From contig CAZGIZ010000002.1 in the NCBI GenBank assembly GCA_964526655.1, positions 3,291-67,290 on the forward strand: 64,000 nt of DNA. The letters are read 5' to 3'. The notes beneath the pieces were generated by a model, which worked only from the letters and a program-made list of their open reading frames with translations, did not search any database and had not been told where the DNA came from. Below are positions 1 to 8,380 of the stretch, one piece after another. The stretch's first letter is position 1. Each line of letters opens with the position of its first letter. The translations under genes were made by a program, and so were the position numbers. The stretch is from an uncultured Desulfobacteraceae bacterium (GTDB lineage: Bacteria; Desulfobacterota; DSM-4660; Desulfatiglandales; HGW-15).

Positions 1-449
1 AGGCCACGGATGATATGACGCCCTATTATAACACCCATGCTATCATACTCAGTTCCAGGGGATTTGAAGACGAGGCTATGCGATACTGGGAAGAGGCCTC
101 CCGCATGGATACACAGGTGTCCTCCTATGTGAATGTCTCCCTGGCTGGAAAATATTATAGAAAAGGGGATGTCCGAAAGGCTCTCTTTTATCTTGAAAAG
201 ATCCCCGACGGCTCATTTGCGGCCTCTTATAAATATGAGATGATAGGCGACATAATTTTAGACCAGGGAGATGTTAAAAAGGCGGTATCGGCATATAAAA
301 AATCCCTGGAGGTAAATTCAGGGAGGAGAGAAATCAGGGAAAAACTGATCAAAATTTACTGGAGGATAGATAAAAAGAAGGCCTTGGATGAATACGAAAT
401 ATTGCAATATATCTCGTCATTCTATAATGAGTCTGATACTATTAAATAA
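1..449 (+). CDS. C-terminal TPR region of a GT-C/PMT_2-like membrane glycosyltransferase paralog (5' end lies outside the window)
   Basis: The frame is open from the window edge. The last ~140 aa align by hand at roughly 55-60% identity with the C-terminus of the 2855-4675 product (YYNTHAIILSS, SFAA..KYE, EKSLE.NSGRR, LIKI.WRIDK.KAL). Confidence 0.6.
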   Translation, partial: ATDDMTPYYNTHAIILSSRGFEDEAMRYWEEASRMDTQVSSYVNVSLAGKYYRKGDVRKALFYLEKIPDGSFAASYKYEMIGDIILDQGDVKKAVSAYKKSLEVNSGRREIREKLIKIYWRIDKKKALDEYEILQYISSFYNESDTIK

Positions 450-460
450 GGTTTCTATAG

Positions 461-548
461 ATGCCCCCGGATCAAGCCCGGGGCAGGCTTCTCAAGTCCG
501 GCATGACATCTGATACCCAGCTGCTCCGAGGCGAGGGAGTCCATTAAG
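461..548. repeat. GC-rich hairpin repeat module (CCCCGG-ATCAAGC-CCGGGG, TCAAGTCCGGCATGAC)
   Basis: Short palindromic GC-rich module in an otherwise AT-rich spacer. It shares the TCAAGCC(C)GGG core with the 134-nt repeat at 21958/33632/38898. It only supports a 28-codon ORF (MPPDQARGRLLKSGMT...). Confidence 0.5.
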
Positions 549-557
549 GGTCATAAA

Positions 558-1658
558 ATGCTCGATGTAAAATTTAAGCTTTTTCCTGGCCATATCACCG
601 AACGTGACTGGATGGCCCCTTCACCCCTCAGAACTCTTTTCTGGAATACGACCTATGCCTGCAACTTCAATTGCCGAATCTGTTTTACTGACGCGGGTAT
701 GGCTTCTTCTCGTGAACTGAACACACAGGAAGCCATGAACATGCTGGAGCATGCCCGTTCCGTAGGGGTAAAAAATATAATAATTTCAGGTGGAGAGCCC
801 TTTAAAAGAAAAGACATTTTAGATATCCTGAAATATATGGCCAAGCTGGGTCAAAGCACTCGTATAGCTTCAAACGGCAGTCTTTTAAATTATGAAGTCC
901 TTAAGATCTTGAGAGATGAGACTCTCACTAAATCTTTTCAAATAAGTATCGACACTTTAAATCCCGATCTCTACAGCAAATTTCACGGTGTATCAGCTGA
1001 TGAACTCGTAAATGTTCTAAATGTATTGAGGTATATCAAAAAGCTTGGTTTCCACACCACTGTTTCTTCTCGAATGACTCCACAAACACTGTCATCGATT
1101 CCCGAGCTTTTGGACAGGGCATACGAGGAGGGATGGGCCACTGTAACTGTGCATCTGCCATTGCTCACAGGCAGGGGGAAAAATGCCTTTTCCCAGGATA
1201 CGGACTTTTTGACCCTCTTGGAGCCTGCATTTGAGCATTTTTTGAAGTTGCCCGAAAAATGGCTTATTGAAATGTTCATACCATGGAGCCAATATCATCC
1301 AACATCAAAACATTTAGAAAAGAAAATAAAGACTGTTTATGCCGGTTGCCGGGGGGGACGAGACAGGTTGACGGTTAACCCAAACGGTGACATATCGTTT
1401 TGTGTCTGCCTGGATGTCCAGGAATTGTACCTGGGCAATATACGCGAAGACAATTTATTGGATATTTTCAGGAATTCATGGATTTGTGACATGCTACGAC
1501 ATCCCGAGAGTCACAACATCTGTAAAGATTGCAAACATGTTGCTGTATGCGGAGGTGGATGTAGAGTGGCAGCTTACGTTATTTCCGGAAGAATCGATGG
1601 GCAAGATGAATCATGCCCGCTTTATAGACATTATGGAACAGATACCGACAGCACTTGA
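558..1658 (+). CDS. radical SAM enzyme with C-terminal SPASM domain
   Basis: N-terminal CNFNCRIC (CX3CX2C) cluster motif and ISGGEPF. C-terminal CKDCKHVAVCGGGC (CX2CX5CX3C SPASM signature) plus an upstream C..GDISFCVC. Confidence 0.85.
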   Translation: MLDVKFKLFPGHITERDWMAPSPLRTLFWNTTYACNFNCRICFTDAGMASSRELNTQEAMNMLEHARSVGVKNIIISGGEPFKRKDILDILKYMAKLGQSTRIASNGSLLNYEVLKILRDETLTKSFQISIDTLNPDLYSKFHGVSADELVNVLNVLRYIKKLGFHTTVSSRMTPQTLSSIPELLDRAYEEGWATVTVHLPLLTGRGKNAFSQDTDFLTLLEPAFEHFLKLPEKWLIEMFIPWSQYHPTSKHLEKKIKTVYAGCRGGRDRLTVNPNGDISFCVCLDVQELYLGNIREDNLLDIFRNSWICDMLRHPESHNICKDCKHVAVCGGGCRVAAYVISGRIDGQDESCPLYRHYGTDTDST

Positions 1659-1673
1659 GGGAAACACACAATA

Positions 1674-2675
1674 TTGGCACTCTGGAAAGACGCAATCAGT
1701 GAGAGTATAGTCGGGAAAAGAGGCTTTTTTAAGATTTCCTCCCTATGGCTGCCACTTGCTCTTATCCTTCAAACTCATCCCATAGAAGATTTACGAGCCC
1801 GTTTATACTCATCCCTCTATTTGATAATTTCAATACAATGTTGGAGCATCGCCTGTAATCTGGTCAACGATCTATCCGATAAGAATGAAGACAAAGCGGC
1901 AGGGAAAAAGAGATGGATTTTCAAAGTATCAAGTCATGCAGGCATATTAATTATTATTCTCCTGGTTGGAACAGGTCTCTCCTTGATTATCTTGGTGAAA
2001 AGCAGGGGCGTTGTTATGATATCCTATGCTTTCGCGATGTTCTTGGGATTTATCTATTCTACTAGGCCGGTGCGATTCAAGGAACGCGGGGGTTATGGTT
2101 TACTCGCCTACAGTTTATCCGCAACACTTGCCTATGTCCTGGTTCCATGGACCCTATTCCATTCCAGTTTGACATTGTTGTTTATACTGATTTTTGTTGT
2201 CATGTCGGATAAATGGGTGAACCTTCATTTTCACCAGATTGTCGATTACTACGCGGATTTCAACTCTATGACGAGGACATATGCGGTTAAAGTGGGTCTC
2301 GAAAGGGCTCGCCTGTCTCTCCGGATTGCTTTCCTGCTGGCGTCTTTTTCAATGATAGTTGTCATAATGTATATATTATTGTCAGAGCAAGATATAACAT
2401 GGCGCATGATTATTTTATTGACATCCATAGGGATCATTATCGGAACCGGGGTCTACGCCTGTATCTTAAAAAAGAAAGCCAGTAAGGTATCAGAACTTAT
2501 CAATGAACTGCCATGGTTCTATCTGGGGTTAACATATCTTGCATTTCGTATTCTGCCTCCGGTTATATTTACTCATCTGTCGGTTAAGGTGCCGGTGATG
2601 TGGATACTGGTTACTCTGAGCTGTCTATCCTTACTGGGAGAATCATTCTATATGATTAGATATAAATATGAATGA
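1674..2675 (+). CDS. UbiA-family polyprenyl/prenyl transferase (integral membrane)
   Basis: Multi-TM protein with the Asp-rich NLVNDLSDKNED motif typical of UbiA prenyltransferases. Apparent TTG start at 1674, 16 nt after the rSAM stop. Confidence 0.7.
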   Translation: MALWKDAISESIVGKRGFFKISSLWLPLALILQTHPIEDLRARLYSSLYLIISIQCWSIACNLVNDLSDKNEDKAAGKKRWIFKVSSHAGILIIILLVGTGLSLIILVKSRGVVMISYAFAMFLGFIYSTRPVRFKERGGYGLLAYSLSATLAYVLVPWTLFHSSLTLLFILIFVVMSDKWVNLHFHQIVDYYADFNSMTRTYAVKVGLERARLSLRIAFLLASFSMIVVIMYILLSEQDITWRMIILLTSIGIIIGTGVYACILKKKASKVSELINELPWFYLGLTYLAFRILPPVIFTHLSVKVPVMWILVTLSCLSLLGESFYMIRYKYE

Positions 2676-2854
2676 AGATACCGTAGCATTAGTGTTAAAC
2701 AATTGTAATATTGAGATGAATTAGCTTTTGTAAGAAAATAAATTTATAAGTGTCCTATTTCCAATTGCTGCCCCCATGCGCACATCTGACATGTTAAATA
2801 TCCAGACATTAATAAGTAATATCTCCGAGCGTAGAAATCTGTGGTTAATTAAAT

Positions 2855-4675
2855 ATGGGAAAGAAGAGAAAAAGGGAATTAAAAAAGGGAGTTATTGATA
2901 GTATTATTGATATCTCTGATAGATATCCATACCAGTTATTATCAATCATTCTCCTTCTTGCCCTGATTTTAAGGATACTGGCCCTCCTGAGCCTTAAACA
3001 AAGTATCTATTCCGATTTTCTTATATGGGATGAGAGGGTATATCACAACTGGGCCATAAAAATCGCAAATGGAATATCTGTAACACCAGCCTATGATTTT
3101 GCCCCTCTTCCAGCCTATATAATGGCTATTATTTACAAATTATTCTCGCCGGATACCTTGTATATCAGGATCATGAATATCGGTTTTGGGGTCCTCACCT
3201 GTTTTTTAATCTATCTTATAGGAAAGGAGGTGGGAAATCGCATTACGGGTCTTGTTGCGTGTCTCATAGCATCTCTTTATAAACCTTTTATCTTTTTTAG
3301 TGTTACTCTTTTAAAGACATCTCTGTCACTGTTTCTTTTTGCATCTGCCATATACCTTGTAGCGGCCCTTATTGACAATCATTCGATGATAAAAGAGGTC
3401 CTGCTCGGGATTTTAATTGGTCTTATGATCAATGTCCGGCCTAACTGTGTGGTTCTTATCCCCCTTATCTTATTAATAATCCTTTGGGATAGTCGAAAAT
3501 GGAGACCTTCAATGAAGATGATTACCACAAAATTTATATCATACGTTGTTGGTCTATCCATAGCCATAGCTCCTTTTGCGATACTAAATTACCGCGTTTC
3601 CGGGGAATTTGGGCTGATCCCAATCGGCGGATTTAATCTTTATCTTGCAAATAATCTTCAGAATCCATATCCATATTATCGTCCCGTGCCCTTTGCCTCA
3701 TCATTGCCTTCCGAGCAGGCGATACATTTTATTATCGAGGCAAGCAAGAGGGAGGGCAAAAAGTTATCGCCGCGTGAAGCTTCATTATATTGGACCCATG
3801 AAGTTTTCAGGACCGCCTTAGAACGGCCAAATGCGATAACATTGAAGATATTTCAGAAGATAATGGCTTTTTTTAATCAATTCGAAGCGGCGGATAATTA
3901 TCACATAGGTTTTTTAAGCGACTACGTGAGGTTCTTAAAGTTTCCATTTTTAAGCTTCTTGCTGATTCTACCCTTCGGCATGGCAGGAATGGCAGTAAGT
4001 CTTACAGGCTCTAAAAAAGCCTTTGCTCTGGGCTCAATCTTTTTTTTATATGCCCTGACACTAATTATCTTTTTTACTAATATACGAATACGGCTGCCAA
4101 CATTGATAATCTTGATACCATTTGCGGTGATAGGGATCAATAGACTGCTCTTTTATATCAATAATCGCCGATTCAAAAGGATCATCGTCTATTTGGCCGT
4201 GGTTGCAGCTTTTTTCATCATAGAATTCCTCCCTCTCCGAGGCACAGGAGATATGACAGCCTATTACAACACCCACGCCATTATTCTCAGCTCAAAGGGA
4301 TTTGAAAGTGAAGCTGCCGCGTACTGGGAAAAATCATCCAAAATGAACAGGCCTTATTCCGCCTTCGCCAATCTCTCTCTGGCCGCGATGTATCTTAAAG
4401 GCGGAGAGATTAAGAAGACAAAATATTACATTGATAAGGTCTCCGATGAATCATTCGCAGCCGCTTCTAAATACGAACTCATGGGAGATATGATGATGCA
4501 TATGGGACAGAAGGAAAAGGCCGTGGCTGCGTATGAAAAATCACTCGAGATCAATTCCGGCCGGAGGGGAACCCGCTTGAAATTAATCAAGATACTCTGG
4601 CGGATTGATAAACAAAAGGCATTGGAAGAGCATGACAAGCTCGAATACATAAATTCATTTTATGATATCCTGTAA
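2855..4675 (+). CDS. GT-C fold (PMT_2/ArnT-like) membrane glycosyltransferase fused to a C-terminal TPR domain (TMTC-like architecture)
   Basis: 606 aa. About 450 aa form a polytopic membrane domain with ArnT/PMT_2-like hydrophobic organisation, followed by a ~140-aa TPR-like tail paralogous to ORF 1-449. Confidence 0.7.
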   Translation: MGKKRKRELKKGVIDSIIDISDRYPYQLLSIILLLALILRILALLSLKQSIYSDFLIWDERVYHNWAIKIANGISVTPAYDFAPLPAYIMAIIYKLFSPDTLYIRIMNIGFGVLTCFLIYLIGKEVGNRITGLVACLIASLYKPFIFFSVTLLKTSLSLFLFASAIYLVAALIDNHSMIKEVLLGILIGLMINVRPNCVVLIPLILLIILWDSRKWRPSMKMITTKFISYVVGLSIAIAPFAILNYRVSGEFGLIPIGGFNLYLANNLQNPYPYYRPVPFASSLPSEQAIHFIIEASKREGKKLSPREASLYWTHEVFRTALERPNAITLKIFQKIMAFFNQFEAADNYHIGFLSDYVRFLKFPFLSFLLILPFGMAGMAVSLTGSKKAFALGSIFFLYALTLIIFFTNIRIRLPTLIILIPFAVIGINRLLFYINNRRFKRIIVYLAVVAAFFIIEFLPLRGTGDMTAYYNTHAIILSSKGFESEAAAYWEKSSKMNRPYSAFANLSLAAMYLKGGEIKKTKYYIDKVSDESFAAASKYELMGDMMMHMGQKEKAVAAYEKSLEINSGRRGTRLKLIKILWRIDKQKALEEHDKLEYINSFYDIL

Positions 4676-4901
4676 ATAATCATTGTTATGTCGCGTAAAC
4701 TTGTTCTGGCAAGGATTTACAAAAACTTATGTCTTGACAAAGAGTTGTTTCTATAGAATTGTTGTTTCTTAGCTTTGTATCTTGCCAGTTGTACTGAACG
4801 ACCCTCGTCAACTTGCTTTGCCTGAAGGTGAGTGATCTCAACCATCCCTGAAAAGTACACGAATGGGGAAACAAGTAATATCAAATAAGAGGAGATGAAG
4901 C

Positions 4902-5420
4902 ATGAAAAGATTTTTTATCCTTACCGTAATATTCATTGGGATCATGCAGTTGTTGTCGTCAGCCGTGGTGCTGGCAGCGGATGTGAAAATAGGGGTGATC
5001 GATATCCAGAGAATAATGAAGGAATCCAGGGCCGCGAAGAATGCCCGTGCTGTTTTTTTTAAGGATGTTGAGCAAAAGAGAAAGCTCTTCAACGATAAAC
5101 AAAACGAGGTCCAGGCTATGGAGGAGGAGTTGAAGACTAAAGGAAAAGATATGACCCCGCAGGCAAGAAAAGAAAAGACCGATAATCTCGCAGATGAGAT
5201 CAAGGAACTGAAGCGCCTGAGGAGCGATCTGGAAGAGGAGTTGAAGAAAAAAGATAGAGAACTGACCCAGAGACTTTTAAGTGAGATTAGCGTGATAGTA
5301 GGGGAGTATCAAAAGAAAGAGAATTACACCATTATACTTGAAAAGAGATCGGTAGTCGCCTCTGATGAAGCAATCGATATCACGGATAAGATTATTAAAT
5401 TATATGATGTCGTGAAATAG
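4902..5420 (+). CDS. skp: OmpH/Skp family periplasmic chaperone
   Basis: Signal peptide (..VVLAADV). IGVIDIQRIM motif. Long charged coiled-coil region. 172 aa. AGGAG RBS. Confidence 0.85.
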   Translation: MKRFFILTVIFIGIMQLLSSAVVLAADVKIGVIDIQRIMKESRAAKNARAVFFKDVEQKRKLFNDKQNEVQAMEEELKTKGKDMTPQARKEKTDNLADEIKELKRLRSDLEEELKKKDRELTQRLLSEISVIVGEYQKKENYTIILEKRSVVASDEAIDITDKIIKLYDVVK

Positions 5421-5649
5421 CTTATTACCCATTTGAACCCGCGTTAATATGCAGACCTTATCAGACTGTCCCATCTAACAAAATCCACGCCCAAAGGAGA
5501 TGGCCTTGCCTTGAGGCAAAGACCACGAGATTTAAGTAATTTTTAAAAAAACAGGGAAAAGACACTGGATTTGGATTAAAGATTCACTCCGCTTCTGCCG
5601 ATTATTCATTTCAAGAGTTTTGATAAAAACATCGATATTTAGCTCATTC

Positions 5650-5815
5650 AGAACCACCGAGCAGATAATGAAGCTCCCCACCGCAAGCGGTGGGGTATCA
5701 AGCGGAATTCCGCCATAGCAACCCGGCTTCGCTTTTGCAAGCTTCGCCGTGGTTCACCTCGCCATTCATCCCCGCGGCAAGCCGCAGGGTATTCTGGCGA
5801 AGGCGAATAAAATCA
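5650..5815. repeat. GC-rich hairpin repeat cluster (CCCCACCGC-AA-GCGGTGGGG; CCCGCGGC-AA-GCCGCAGGG)
   Basis: Two 8-9 bp GC hairpins with AA loops (5676-5695, 5771-5789) and GGCGAA/TTCGCC inverted motifs, inside a 458-nt non-coding spacer. Confidence 0.5.
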
Positions 5816-5878
5816 TTAATGCCCGGTTAACTTCGGGACATTACTGAGTAAAAAGAATGAGTTAATTGGAGAACAATC

Positions 5879-8260
5879 ATGAAAAATCTCACCACCCTTT
5901 TCGCCGTTTTTACCCTGATTATCATCTCTCCATTTATCGCGCAGGCAGGGCCTGTAGGAAAATTCACAAATGTCGAGGGCAGGGTGGATATTACAAGACC
6001 GGACAAGGCTGCCGTTCCTGTCAAGGTCGGGGATGAGATTTATGAAAAGGATATTATCCGTACAAAGAGTAAATCAAAGGCTGAGATCGTCTTTTTTAAC
6101 GGCAACTCATTACGACTCGCCCAGAGCACAAGAGTGGAAATTTCGGAATGCATCACGGGAGAGCAGCGTAACAGTTCTGTTTTGAGGCTTTTCCGGGGCA
6201 AAATCCAGAGCAAGGTGAAAAAACTCGCTGGAAGGGTCTTTGGGATGAACAGGGACAGGTATGAGGTCCACACGCCCACAGCGGTATGCGGGGTGAGGGG
6301 AACCGATTTCTTCACATTCTACAGAAATGGGGTGACCGGCAATATCTTTAAGGAGGGAATAGGTTACGGCTATAGCAAAAACAAACCGGATGAGGTGAGG
6401 GAGATCCTGCCTGGTCAGACAATGCTTGTTACAAGCCCGGACCAGCCGCCCCTGGTGAGACCCACCACGGAGGAGGAGTTGATTCAGCACGAAGGGGATA
6501 CGGCACCTTCGAAAAAAGAGGAAGAGGGCGATGACGAGGAACAGACCGAGGACGAACAAAAGGATGAGCAGAAAGAGGTAAAAGAGGATTCCAGCGAGCA
6601 GGGTGAAGAAGACCAGGCCGTTGCAGAGGACGAGGGAGAGCAGCAGGTTGAAGCGGATGAAGAAGATCAGGGAAACGGCGGTAATGAGACTGAATCAGTT
6701 GATGCAGGAGCGGGAGTGAAGGCGGGTAAAGAGATTGATGCCGACCCACCGGGGAATGTTGTAAGTGGAGATAGTCCTTCAGAAGATAACGATTTGGGAG
6801 GATATAACGTCGGAAATTACGGTTCTGATGATACTATGGCCATTGATAATCTAAAGCCCGCCGATCCTGGCATAGAAAACGCACCGCCTGTTAAAACCGA
6901 TATGGGAAATACCGCCTCTCTTTTTGAAAATAATCCCCTCTATATTCCGCCCTCAATCCCTACAACAGAACCCTTTAAAATTGACAGTATCAAAATATCC
7001 GGCGACCTTATTGCGGGGCCATACATTTATTACGAGGATGGGAAAGAGGAATCGATATATAATTACTATCAAATGGATATGTCAGGCACCTTTTCAATGA
7101 CCCCTCCGTTTCTTCACATAAACGCTGGTGTTAGAGGAAACATCCTGACCGGGACCGGGCCGCTTAGCGGGGCCTATTATCTGGGCTTTGTCGGCGCGGA
7201 CTGGAGCGATCTCCGGTATGAGAGAGTCCGCGGGGTGGCCGTTATGTTTTATGTGGCCCCTGATGGGAGCGGAGGTATCCTTGACGGCGACATATTTGGA
7301 GATTACCTCAGCTCAGGAACCTGGCAGGCTAAGGGTTATATGGTACCCATAGAGATGGTCGATAGCGGACTCCCCTTTGACTTTCCCCCTATCACTAATA
7401 AACAACTCTTCCTTAATGAGGCGGCCGGTTTTTTTGAGGCGCCCGGCGACGGTACCATATCTGTGGACTGGGGTCACGGTCAAATGCTTTCCATCACCGA
7501 TCAGGACTGGGGGCTATGGCGGTCTGAATTTGGAGGCTCCTTTACAAACAACATATATGATAAATGGGTTATTGAGTGGAAAGACAGCTCTCCTACGCCT
7601 TCAGATGCCGTCCAGCGCTACTATTACACCCTGGGTAAATTCTGGAAAAGGGGTGAGATGGACGGAGATGTATCAGGTGGTTGGGTTGATCTGGAAAAGG
7701 TGACAACCGGTATATTTGAGGGGGGGATGCATGGCGTCTATAACCCCAATGATCCAGCAGGAAACTATTTTGCCGTGTCAGGAGGCGCCTGGATAGAGAC
7801 CAATAAATTTCTTGAGATGGTCTCCACCTCACAGGGACAGGAAAGGTTGAACGCCCTCTATATACCTTGCATTGAAGTGGGCAGGGCTGATCTTTCACTT
7901 TCAGGCAGTGACACGGTTTTTAACGCGGTCAACATGAATAATGTGATCTTCTTTGCCAATTCAACTGGAGGCGCCCCGCGAATCTGGGCCACGAATGAAG
8001 TTGATGGAACCTATTCCTCCATACCCTCGGTGGGTCACGCCGTAAACCTCACGGGAAACGGGCTAAGTGTGGACTTCACGGTTAAAAAATGGAACGACAG
8101 TGTCTGGAGCGCGGATGTCAAGGGCAGTGGAGTATACAGCGGGAGCGGCACACTGAATAATACGGACATCAGAATGGACGGAGGCGCTGCCGGGACCTAT
8201 TCAGGCAGCGATTTCTCGGGCACAGCGGCAGGGGCGTCCCGTGTGTTGCCGCCTCCATAA
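5879..8260 (+). CDS. secreted FecR-domain protein with acidic linker and large uncharacterised C-terminal region
   Basis: Signal peptide (..SPFIAQAG). N-terminal FecR-like region (GRVDITRPD.., VHTPTAVCGVRGTDF). E/D-rich low-complexity stretch at about nt 6490-6700. About 450 aa of G/W/Y/D-rich C-terminus. Confidence 0.7.
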   Translation: MKNLTTLFAVFTLIIISPFIAQAGPVGKFTNVEGRVDITRPDKAAVPVKVGDEIYEKDIIRTKSKSKAEIVFFNGNSLRLAQSTRVEISECITGEQRNSSVLRLFRGKIQSKVKKLAGRVFGMNRDRYEVHTPTAVCGVRGTDFFTFYRNGVTGNIFKEGIGYGYSKNKPDEVREILPGQTMLVTSPDQPPLVRPTTEEELIQHEGDTAPSKKEEEGDDEEQTEDEQKDEQKEVKEDSSEQGEEDQAVAEDEGEQQVEADEEDQGNGGNETESVDAGAGVKAGKEIDADPPGNVVSGDSPSEDNDLGGYNVGNYGSDDTMAIDNLKPADPGIENAPPVKTDMGNTASLFENNPLYIPPSIPTTEPFKIDSIKISGDLIAGPYIYYEDGKEESIYNYYQMDMSGTFSMTPPFLHINAGVRGNILTGTGPLSGAYYLGFVGADWSDLRYERVRGVAVMFYVAPDGSGGILDGDIFGDYLSSGTWQAKGYMVPIEMVDSGLPFDFPPITNKQLFLNEAAGFFEAPGDGTISVDWGHGQMLSITDQDWGLWRSEFGGSFTNNIYDKWVIEWKDSSPTPSDAVQRYYYTLGKFWKRGEMDGDVSGGWVDLEKVTTGIFEGGMHGVYNPNDPAGNYFAVSGGAWIETNKFLEMVSTSQGQERLNALYIPCIEVGRADLSLSGSDTVFNAVNMNNVIFFANSTGGAPRIWATNEVDGTYSSIPSVGHAVNLTGNGLSVDFTVKKWNDSVWSADVKGSGVYSGSGTLNNTDIRMDGGAAGTYSGSDFSGTAAGASRVLPPP

Positions 8261-8380
8261 AGTATTGAATTATGGGGTTAGCCGGATAACACAATATCAT
8301 TTGGTTGATTTTTCATCACTTCTGAGTTTATCATATCAATAATTGCTCTCTTGGATGTCAGTGGATAATTTCCTTTTTTC

